From assembly GCA_951406725.2 (NCBI GenBank), contig OX597826.1:23374001-23438000 (forward strand): a DNA stretch of 64,000 nt, read 5' to 3'. Numbering within the stretch: position 1 is the stretch's first letter; each line of letters starts with the position of its first letter. Shown piece by piece: positions 40,064 through 51,020 of the stretch. The DNA is from Octopus vulgaris (taxonomy: Eukaryota). A program made the position numbers and the translations under genes. The notes under the pieces are model-generated. The model made no database searches and was not told the origin of the DNA. It was given only the letters and a program-made list of their open reading frames with translations.

Positions 40064-40893
40064 TGTACCAAGCTCTTGTAGGCAGAAATTCAAAGATCCC
40101 AGAGAAGATAGTCAAATGGAATTGTTTAGTTGAAGACTTGACCTCAGGTAAAAAAAAAAAAAAAGAATCACTTTGTCTCAAATGAACACAACAGTCTCAC
40201 TTCTCTAAGCACATACATAAGACACTCTTAATTCTCCTCTCTCACTCCATGCAAAGATGTAACAATCTAATTTGTAGCCAACATACATAACTTATGGCTT
40301 ACTCTTGGTAACAAATTTTTGTATCATCATCATCATCATCATTTAGCATCTGCTTTCCATGCTGGCATGGGCTAAACAGTTTTATTGAAACTGGTAAGCT
40401 GTCAGTCTACACCTGGTTCCAATCTAATTTGGTTTCTACAGCTGGATGCCCTTTCTAACACCAACCATTCCAAGAGTGTAACTGGAGCACTTATCATGCC
40501 ACTGGCACAGGTGCCAGTTATGTGACACCAGCATCAGCCATGACTACAATTTCACTTAGCTTGACGGGTCTTCTCGAGCACGGCATATCACCAAAGGTCT
40601 CGGTCCCTTATCATTGCCTCCATGAAGCCCAATGTTCGAAGGGTGTTTTTCACATGTCACCAGCACATTCATTGAAAACATCAAATGGAATCAATTTAGC
40701 ATGGGTAGCAACATGCAACCTAAACCAGCCACCCCAAACATCCATCTAACCAGTTCTAAACTTCTATTCTTTTTGTTATATGTTTTGAATTTTGCCCAAT
40801 ATTTTCATGTTGAATTTTCAATTACTTTTTAGTTTGGTTTACTCCTTTCTCAATAGCAAAAATTGGATCATTGATTCCTTTTGACATTGCTTA

Positions 40894-41406
40894 CCGTAAA
40901 TCCTCAAGTATAGTCCGACCTTGAGTATAATACACAGGGGATTTGTAGGGGGCTGTACCTCTGAAAAAGCTAAACCTTGTGTATAATGCACACCCCTTCT
41001 CTAACTTGAGTCAAGGAGGTCTATATAACGTCCTTGGTTTGTAAAACTGTATACAGTAATGTCCTTTATTATTATTGTATATATAACATAATACAAACGT
41101 GTTGCTTTTTTGTGCATTTTGTTTGCAGAAAATATAGAAATAACAGTAATAACGTTTAATAAATGTTGCTTATTGCAAGTTATGGATGATTCTTTTATGA
41201 TTTCATTGCTTTCAGGCTTAGCTTGAGGTATTTTCACGCCCGACATCACAAAATGTGCCTGAATAAACATTGCCGGACAGCAAATAGAGACTCGGACATT
41301 GCTTAGAAAACAATTTTCATTTTTAACCTCGTATATAGTATGCACTAGGGATTTTGACTTTTAAATTTTTGGGGAAAAAATGCGGATTATACTTGAGGAT
41401 TTACAG
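40894..41406. mobile_element. Tc1/mariner-superfamily MITE
   Basis: TA|CCGTAAATCCTCAAGTATA...TATACTTGAGGATTTACAG|TA. Confidence 0.8.
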
Positions 41407-42554
41407 TACTCTTAATTATCACCACTACCACTACCATCACCATCATTATCACAGCTATTTGACCAGGTGGAAATAGGATCCAAATTTCTCTTAAGTCATA
41501 CCATGCTGTCTTTAGAAAAGGACAAATATTTAGTAAATGTGACCCTAGATCTACACAAAGGGACAGGGTTGCCACATCATGCCTGGAATTCTGTTTACTA
41601 AGGGTCTGTTCAAACAGAGATGATATGGAGTTAAACATGACCATCACCATCACCACCTTTTGTTCAATGTTAATTTAAGCCACATAAGCCAGAGTTAGAA
41701 ATGGATTTCAATGTAGCATCTATTGCATGTTGTGCTATCTAAACAAACTCTAATTTCCTGAACACCTCATCTAAAGGTTTCTCTGGTCCCCTCAGAAAAC
41801 CTTCCACAATACCTTTACATCCAGTTTACATTTCACCTTATAAATGTTACAAATTGTCAGTGCATCAAATAGTATACCTCATGGTGTTTTTTTCTGGTTC
41901 TCTGTAAGCTGGCAGAATCATTAGCAAGTCAGGCAAAAAGCTTGAACAGCATTTCTTCTGACTCTTTATGTTCTGAGTTCAAATCTTGCTGAGGTCATCT
42001 TTGATCTTTATCCTTTTGGGGTTGATAAAACTAGCACTAGTTAATCACTGGGATTGATGTTATCAACTAACCCCTTCTTTTCAGAATTGGCCTTTTGCTA
42101 AAGATTGAAACCATCATTATTATTATTATTATTATTTCATGGAAACTCTCAGCTTATTCTGCTGGGTATGATGGAAAATTTCAGCCAGCAGACTAAGGTG
42201 ACACTTGTTTACTGATCATGTTTCAAAACCCCTGTGGAGAATTCAGATACTTTCAAGCATGCCAATCACTATTGTTATCATGTCCACTCCCTTCATCACC
42301 CACAACCTGTGTATTTCTCACTTCAATTTATTATTATTATTATTATTAAAAGCAGTGAGCTGGCAGAATCATTAGCACGTTGGGCAAAATGCTAGGAGGC
42401 ATTTGTCTGTCTTTACATTATAAGTTCAAATGCTACTGAGGTCGACTTTGCCTTTGATCCTTTCAGGTTTGATAAAATAAGTACTGGGGTCAATGAAATC
42501 AATTTATCCCTCCTCCTAAGTTGCTGGCATAGTGCCAAATTTTGAAACCATTAT

Positions 42555-42850
42555 TATTTACATTTTGACGGATTTTGACCTCATCTTGTTTGTTGTTAAC
42601 ACGTTTCGGCTGATATACCCTTCAGCCTTCTTCAGGTGTCTTGGGGAAATTTCATACCTAGGTTCTCATAACTAAGGTATTTTTCGATGTTGTTGTTCTT
42701 GTTATTATTATTATTATTATTATTCAGGTCACTGCCTGGAATTGAACTCGGAATCTTGGGGTTAGTAGCCCGCACTCTCAACCAGTACGCCATATGCCCA
42801 TCAAAATGTGAATAATGTACATAATTCCTCATCTCTTAAATATAGAACTG
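42555..42850 (-). mobile_element. Composite repeat: tRNA-like head, (AAT)n and hammerhead-like motif between inverted ends; partial copy at 17304-17520
   Basis: The two copies share the body; CAGTTCTATATTTAAGAGATGAGG occurs at opposite ends in opposite orientation. Confidence 0.6.
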
Positions 42851-44482
42851 CATTATTATTATAATTATTAAGAGGCAAACTGGCAGAATTGTCAGCACAA
42901 GTTTTTCTTACGTACATTGGCTTAGAGCAGTTCAAGCTAAACCTCAACCACATCAACATGACCATTGTAGGAAGGACTGGAAATGTCATGGATACAATAT
43001 CCTTCTTTCTGACTCATACACAATATCTTGTTCATCCTTTGTTTCCAAAGATGATCAAGACTCCACCTCTTATTCACCAGCAACAACAGAAGACGCAGTC
43101 AATCAGAAATACGTAACTGCTTCCACTTACACTTCATCTTACACAAGATGCAACTTATGGAAGGAGCAGTACTTCATTGCGAGTCACATGTGATACCCTG
43201 ATTGATACAATAAAAGGTCTGTTGGTGGATTCCTGACTTGTTTTGAACTTGGATTAGTGAAGGAGGCCTGATTATTCTAATGAGGAACATTTATACCAGA
43301 GAATCCAGGAAACCGACACTGTGAGTCCGTATGGCTCAGGATGGATCTTTATCTTGTACTGGACAATCAACCTCACACTCTCATCTGTGATTTCTTGGTT
43401 TAGTGGTAAAGTGAGTTAAGTCCATCAAAGATGACCAGGATAACCTACATATAATTCTCAATGTGCTCTGAGGTAGGTGGCCCACAGAAATGCTGATGTT
43501 CCAAGAGTGATGCACACAAAGTTTCCATTAACTGTGACAGTTTTTAGGACTGTTGAGTAATAAAGTTCATGTCAGGCCACTTCACATCTTTCCACAGGGT
43601 CTTAGAATTAAACACTGCTGGATAGACTGGAGTGTTGGAAACAGTTATTAACCCTTTAGCATTCAGATTACTCTCTCATATGTAATGCTTATTTATTCAC
43701 ATTGTTTTTAATTAATCATATATTATCTTGTGGTGTTGAGATTTCAATGATGTGATTATTTATTTTTCGAATGATATTGTAAGGTATGTGTGAGAGGCCA
43801 GATCGGGTTAGTTTGAACATAAAATTGGTAGAATATTTGGGCCAGATATGTCCATGCTTAAAGGGTTAATAAAATATGCAGTGGAAGGCCATTTGTGTTT
43901 CAACAAAACTCAGCATCTTCTCACAAAGCCCACATAACCCAAGGATGGAGGTCAGACAATCTATGGTCAAACTTGTAACTTCCAAACTAGGACATTTAGA
44001 GCATTGTTGAAGGGGAGACATTGTCCTGCTGAAATATTGCTTCAGTTAATTTTCAAAATAATCTTTTACTTGTTTCAGTCATTGGATTGCGACCATACTG
44101 GGGCATCACCTAGAAGGGTTTAGTTGAACAAACCAACCCCAGCATTTATTTTCTTTCTAAACCTGGTATTTATTTTATTGGAAATATGTTACCATATTTC
44201 TCTTGAAATACACTGCCATTGTTTCAACTATTTAATAAAATAACTTTGTTGTTAAAAAAAAAATGATGTTTGGAATGTAAGTTAACATAAAATTTTGAAG
44301 GAAGGTTGTGATTAAATCACAACCTTCCTTCAAAATAGGAAGTTTGTATCAGAGAATCAGAAGCCAGATGGAATCCCAGGCAGGTTAGGTTAAGAAGCTT
44401 CTGATAGAGAAATAAACAAAGAAAAACAACAAAACAAAAATAACAACATTTCAGGTATAAAACACAAATTATATAATTTATC

Positions 44483-44488
44483 TTTATT
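44483..44488 (-). terminator. Probable NDUFB7 polyadenylation signal AATAAA
   Basis: AATAAA about 120 nt after the stop, followed by GT/T-rich sequence on the minus strand. Confidence 0.6.
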
Positions 44489-44608
44489 TGTTATAAACAT
44501 TGATTTTCAAAAAGGAAAACCAACGAATAGAACTCATTTCTCCAAGAACTTAACACTAATCCTTTGAAAAAAAAAAAAAAAATTAGAACTATCTTAATCC
44601 TTTCAGCA

Positions 44609-44705
44609 TCATTCTAAATCTTCAGCCAATTTCTTTGCTTGAATTCTTTCGGCACGCATCTTTAACCGTTTTTCTCGTTCGTATTCTTTCATTCGAAGTA
44701 CAAAG
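44609..44705 (-). CDS. NDUFB7: NDUFB7 exon 3
   Basis: FVLRMKEYEREKRLKMRAERIQAKKLAEDLE then TGA; cag acceptor; 97 nt. Confidence 0.93.
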
Positions 44706-47700
44706 CTGAAAATATAAACAGAAATGAAATATAAAAAAAACAAAAAAACAATCACATATCAATGGACAAATATTGATTTCAAATTTTGGTACAAGGCCAG
44801 AAATTTCGGGGAGTGGATAAAATTCTTGAAAACCCCCACCCATCCACATTCTTAGTTCCTTTGTCCCCACTCACATCTACTCACCTGGTACTTATTTCAT
44901 TGACCCCACAAAAGGATGAAAAATAAACTCGACCTCAGTGGAATTTGAACCCAGAATGTAAAGACAGACAAAATGTTGTTAAGCCCTTTGCCCGGATTGC
45001 TAACAATTCTACCATCTCACTGCCTTCAGTGAAGGAATATTGATTGATTTATCATTAGCTTAATATCATCATCATCATTCAACATCCATGTTCCATGGAT
45101 GGTTTTGACAGAACCCACTGGGTCCAGGGAGTGCATCATGGTCCAGTGTCTGCTTTGGTATAGTTTCTATGGCCAGAGACATAAAATGCAATACAAGGAG
45201 ACACAAAAATGCACACACACATATATGTATATAGGATGGGTTTCATTCAGTTTCTGTCTACTAAATCTACGCACAAGGTTTAGTTTGGCCTGAGGCTATA
45301 GTAGAAGACACTTGTCCAAAATGCCCTGCAGTGGGACTGAACCTGGAACCATGTGGTTGGTAAGCATGCTACTTACCACACAGCCACTCCTGTGCCTGTA
45401 TAGGCTTTTCTCATTGTTGATGCCATTCCCTATATAGGCATAAATGTAATTTTTTTCCCAAATAAACTGCACTTCACATTCAAGTTTCCAGTGACGCTAT
45501 AAGGTGTTATTGAGGCACTTGACTATGAGTCCACTGCACCTCATAGCAGAAACAACTGTAAGCTAATGAAGTTGAGAAGATAATCATTTATTCCTTTCTC
45601 ATCTCTCTTTCAACCACGAAATGCCTATGTCAGTGAAAGTGAGAGACGGTAAGTCGCTGAAGATAGTTGGAAATTTCAAATACCTTAGTGCATGGACGCA
45701 AAGTACTGAAAAGGACATCATAGCAAGGAAAGCTCTTGCCTGGAGTGTATGCCATAAACTGAGAAAGGTATGAAGTTCAAAGTTAGCAAGGAAATTGAAA
45801 GTGAGGTTGTTTCTGACAACAGTAGAGTCTGTTCTTCTATACGGGGCTGAAACATGGACGCTCACTAAAGCATTGAAGAAGCTGTTGGATGGTTGTTATA
45901 CGAGGATGCTAAGAATGGCACTCAATGTCTCCTGGAAGAGTCATGCAACAAACGCCGACTTATACCAGGGACTACCAAAAGTAACATTGAAGATACAGCA
46001 TAGAAGGATGAGTTTAGCTGGATCAGATACACCAATGAAATTACTAAACTTCCATTGGTTGCTCTGGCAACCAATCGAAGGAAGAACAGAAGAAGAGGAA
46101 GACAACCTATATCAACAACTTGTTGGCAGAAGGGGTATAGGAGTTGAGGACGATTATGGAAGATTGAGATGAATGGGGAAAACGTGCGGAAACAGTCTTG
46201 TGGGATGACCTAGACAGACAGATCTCTCTTTCTTAAATAGAAAATACTCAATACTTACTCATCGTATTCACACTGTTCGTAATCATGTTTTTCATGATGA
46301 CATCTCTGGCATAATGGGTAATTTTGTTGACGACATTTCAGCCATTTTACATATAGATGAGCACAATAGTCACGTTTCTCTAGTGGGATGCTCAGCTCAT
46401 TTAACTCCTCTTGTGTTGCAATCATTACTAGAAGGAAAAAAACACAGAATAAACAAAAACATCCAAAATATAATGTCATGACAAAGCAGATAAGTAATAG
46501 CATGTAAATATTAATTTCAAATTTTGGCACAAGGCCAGCAATTCTGGGGAGGGGTAAGTCAATTATATCGACCCCAGGGCTTAACTGCTACTTATTTTAT
46601 TGACCCTGAAAGAATGAAAGGCAAAGTGGACCTTGGCAGGATTTGAACTTACAAAATAAAGATGAATGAGATGCTGCTAAGTATTCTATTTGGCATGGTA
46701 ATAATTCTGCCAGCTCACTGCTATAATAATAATAATCCTTTCTACTAAAGCACAAAGCTTGAAGTAAGGGGGAAGGGGACTAGTCAATTACATCGGCTCC
46801 AGGGTTTCAATGGTACTTATTTTTACCAACCCCAAAAGGATGAAAGACAAAGTCAACCTCAGCAGAATTTGAACTCAGAACATAACGACAGGTGACATGC
46901 CTGATGTGCTAATGGTTCTGCCAGATCACCACCACAATAATAATAATAATGATGATGATAATGGTTTCCAATTTTGACAGAAGGTCAGCAATTTGGTGGG
47001 GGCGGAGCAGAAGTCGATTACATCAATCCCCATGTGCTTCAGTGGTTCTTATTTTATCAATCCCAAAATGACAGAAGGCAAAGTCTCTATCATGTGAACT
47101 CGACAGAAGTGGACATACTTGTGGACAGAAGTATGGTAGATAAGATAATTAAAAACATGGAAACCGGAAAGGCCCTGGTCCATCCGGAATCATGGCTGAG
47201 GTGCTCAAAATATCTGGTATGGTAAGATATGGGCTGGTCACCCACATAGTTAATCAGGTCATTCAGGCAGGTGTAATACCCAGTAACTGGCATAGCAGCA
47301 TAATTGTTAGCTGCTACAAGGGTAAGGGTGATGCTATAGACAGAAGCAGTTATAGAGGACTCAAACTCCTGGATCAGGTGATGAAAATCATGGAGAGAGT
47401 TACAGCCCAATTAATTAGGAGCAGAATTTTTTTTAACTCATTAATTACATGCTATTTTGTTGTGTCTAGGGAGAATCATCATACCAATGTAATTAACACA
47501 CACACACTGGTTTGATTCCACACAGTGACCATTGTTATAGAGGCTGTGTTTGTTTGTTTGTTTGCTTGAGATTTTGCTGTGTAAGTGCATGCCCCTATAA
47601 TGGACTAAATGGTCATTGTGAAGGTTGCAAAAAGCAACAAGAGCTTTGACAAACAAAAACAAAACAATCAGATATTTAGTAAAGGAGTGGAATTGAACCA

Positions 47701-50700
47701 GTGTGTGTGTGTGTTAAATATATTGGCATGACAACTCTCCCTAGATATAACAAAATTTGTTTCAATACACAAATTCAAATAAAGAATCTTGCAAACCAGA
47801 TACAAAAACGAAATTACATGATGTTGTTTATGGCTTAATCTAAGGCAGCAAGCCGACAGAACTGTTGGCACACCGGGAAAAATGCTTAGCGGCATCTCGT
47901 CCCATCTCTATGTTCTGAGATCAAATTCCGGATTTTGATATCTATGGAATGGATTTCCTCTACAGACCAATCAAGTATCCCAACTGTTGGGATCAGCACT
48001 GGTACTGCAAATGCATTGTGGGATATTGTTTTCTGCCATATTTTCCTATGTATGTGTATATATCTATATATCTAAAACTGTAGTTGTGTGAGTGTCTGTC
48101 CCCTTCGATTTAGATTCCTAACTACTCCCACATTTTGCGGTGCAGTTTAACCAAATTCGGGTATCTTATAGTCGTGATTCATATCGAGCCCGTCTGAGTA
48201 TTAGTGCGCGTCTACGATGAGTCTACGATTTAAAAAATAATTTAACATCATTTTTTATTCCATTTTAATGCATAATTTTTCGTGTGTCGATGGCGGCGGA
48301 GTTGGCGTCCATGGTCAAACCTGCACCTGTTTGCTTCTCCCCCTTCTTCCCTCTCTCGTGAAGCTGTGAGGAAGGGAGTGTAAGGAAATCAACGTCGTAA
48401 AGCGTTGTCAAGGAGACCAGCGTTCTTTTAGAACAACGACTTCATGGCTTGAAGACACCAAAACAGAAATGGCTAAGAAAGCCCGAATCGGCATCTATAA
48501 GGGAAGTAACTCTCTAAAAATGCTTATATAGTTATTTCCCTTACAAACCCGAGCAACGCCAGGCGATACTGCTAGTATATCGGTTAATATCTAGATCCGC
48601 ACCCGGTGGGAAAAATGAGATCCGCACCCGGTGGGAAAAATGGAAACGAAAATGTGTAACAGTTGTAAGGCATCGTATATTGACGGAATAAGACGGGAAA
48701 AAAGCGCGCTGACAAACGGGGGGGGGGGGGGGCTCGGGAAATTCCTAGGATCAACCGTAGAGGCAAAAATGGAAAAAAATATGTGTAACAGGTGTTTAAA
48801 CGCATTTCACACACATAGCCCAATGTCATAATTCAAAACTAACGCAGCGAAAATTTTGAAAAGTTCCCCCAGTTCTGAAAAAAATCGATAAATTCGACAT
48901 GGGGTCGCGAATCAGAAACACAATGGTGAAAATTGATGGTAAATTTTTCTTTAAATCGTAGGCAATTTTCCGAGCCCCCTCCCCCCCCCGTTTGTCAGCG
49001 CGCTTTTTTTCGTCATATTCCTTCAATATACGATGCCTTACAACTGTTACACATTTTCGTTTCCATTTTTCCCACCGGGTGCGGATCTCATTTTTCATTT
49101 TTGCCTCTACGGTTGATCCTAGGAATTTCCCGAGCCCCCCCCCCCCCGTTTGTCAGCGCGCTTTTTTTTTCGTCATATTCCTTCAATATACGATGCCTTA
49201 CAACTGTTACACATTTTCGTTTCCATTTTTCCCACCGGGTGCGGATCTCATTTTTCCCACCGGGTGCGGATCTAGATATTAACCAGTATATCTATATATA
49301 TAAAACTGGTTGTGTGAGTGTCTGTCCCCTTCGATTTAGATTCCTAACTACTCCCACATTTTGCGGTACAGTTTAACCAAATTCGGGTATCTTATAGTCG
49401 TGATTCATATCGAGCCCTTCTGGGTATTAGCGCGCGTCTACGATGAGTCTACGATTTTAAAAATAATTAACATCATTTTTTATTCCATTTTAATGCATAA
49501 TTTTTCGTGTGTCGATGGCGGCGGAGTTGGCGACCATGGTCACACCTGCACCTGTTTGCTTCTCCCCCTTCTTCCCTCCCTCGTGAAGCTGTGGGGAAGG
49601 GAGTGTAAGGAAATCAACGTCGTAAAGCATTGTCAAGGAGACCAGCGTTCTTTTAGAACAACGACTTCATGGCTTGAAGACACCAAAATTACCATCATTT
49701 TTTATTCCATTTTTAATGCATTTTTTGCTATAACTCACTAAAATGCTTATATAGTTATTTCCCTTACAAACCCGAGCAACGCCGGACGATATTGCTAGTA
49801 TATATATATAGGGAGAGAGAGAGAGAGATTAACCATAACCCAAACGCACAAAGCCAAAAGACGGATGAGCATCGAACCATGTCTCCGTTCAGATTCAAAA
49901 ACCCACTGGAATTATTCTGCCTTTCACGTTTTTCTGCTTTTTTTTTTAAATGGGCAATGAAATATTTACCAGTAGTATACTTAGGAACAATCAGTTAGGT
50001 ATATTTGCTGTTCAAACATTGGATTAAACCTATATCCAACCTTTATGTTTTCGCTCTACAAAAATATTTAATAAATGCATAAGTCAACGTTTGGACAATA
50101 AAAAGAAAAGAAAATAAACACACGCAAGCTCGTAGAATTATACGCACGCGCTAAAGTTAGAGCCTCTACGTAGGCATTGGACCTGCTAGAAATATCAATC
50201 AATGCTCCCTCAATATACATTCTATTGTTCTGAGAGAAAGCAAAAGGAGAAGGAAGGAAGGCACGTTGGACAGTGTAGTCATAGATGCGAAATGATTGAG
50301 ATGGAAGGAACGTGGTGATGAGAATTTCAATGCCTTTGATCAGATGCTTGCTCCGTTAGGGCGGTTGACTCGGGGATAACCGAACAATAACAACAATAGC
50401 CATAATTATCAAAGAGAAACATTCGTAAAAATAGACAGATGGTTTCATAAAATTATCCTTTGTCCACTCCTTCCTTCGACCACATTTATAGATATAAAAC
50501 TCATGTACACGATTAACTCGCAAAGGTAAACAGACGAAGGAATGATCTCAGTGACAAATAAAGTGGAGAAGGTCATTGGAAGCAGTGGTTTTAAGCAGAA
50601 AAAATAACGAGTACATACCTCGCTCTTTGCGTCCATTAAGAAATCCTAAGTTTGGATCGAAAGTCGGAGGGTTTTTATGGTCCGGGGCGAGTTCTGGATG

Positions 50701-50739
50701 CATAAATTCAAAGACAACATGACCAGCAGCATTTCCCAT
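44609..50739 (-). CDS. NDUFB7: NADH dehydrogenase (ubiquinone) 1 beta subcomplex subunit 7 (B18); 3 exons, 128 aa
   Basis: MG start, PTFDPNLGF..RKER, RDYCAH, twin CX9C motifs, RMKEYEREKRL; exon phases 1 and 2 join cleanly. Confidence 0.96.
45600..46220 (+). mobile_element. RTE-clade LINE fragment, second family, in NDUFB7 intron 2
   Basis: FKYLS, VESVLLYGAETWTL, LDGCYTRMLRMALN. Confidence 0.75.
46259..46427 (-). CDS. NDUFB7: NDUFB7 exon 2
   Basis: MIATQEEL...RDYCAH...EQCEYD; tag acceptor, gtaagt donor; 169 nt. Confidence 0.95.
47100..47425 (+). mobile_element. RTE-like RT fragment
   Basis: AEVLK...IPSNW..SIIVSCYKGKGDA..SYRGLKLLDQVMKIMERV. Confidence 0.75.
48063..48575 (+). mobile_element. 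Non-autonomous Helitron, copy 1
   Basis: TC start, 3' hairpin-like sequence plus CTAG|T. Confidence 0.7.
48582..49284. mobile_element. Foldback DNA transposon with GG..CC termini and 8-bp TSD
   Basis: GGTTAATATCTAGATCC...GGATCTAGATATTAACC; TSD AGTATATC; inverted arms over 200 bp. Confidence 0.85.
49291..49798 (+). mobile_element. Non-autonomous Helitron, copy 2
   Basis: Near-identical to 48063-48575, ends CTAG|T. Confidence 0.7.
50619..50739 (-). CDS. NDUFB7: NDUFB7 exon 1
   Basis: MGNAAGH...GRKER; G|gtatgt donor; 121 nt. Confidence 0.93.
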
Positions 50740-51020
50740 ACTGACAGAGCCGAGGTCACAATTGCAACACGAAGGCAAGAACGGGAGAGCTTCACAACTA
50801 AAGGGAGACAATTAACTAACACGAAAGGCTTATTTTGGGATTATATCCCTTTAACCGATAAGTTATTGCTCTTGATATCAGGTCATTAAGTTCTCTTGTG
50901 AACCAAGTTTGATAGTCTTTAATTCTAATGTTTTATACTGACAATTCTTTATTTTATAACATTGAAGAGTTACATAATCACTTTTCGAAATGCAATTCAT
51001 GGTGTCTGATTATATTGTGA

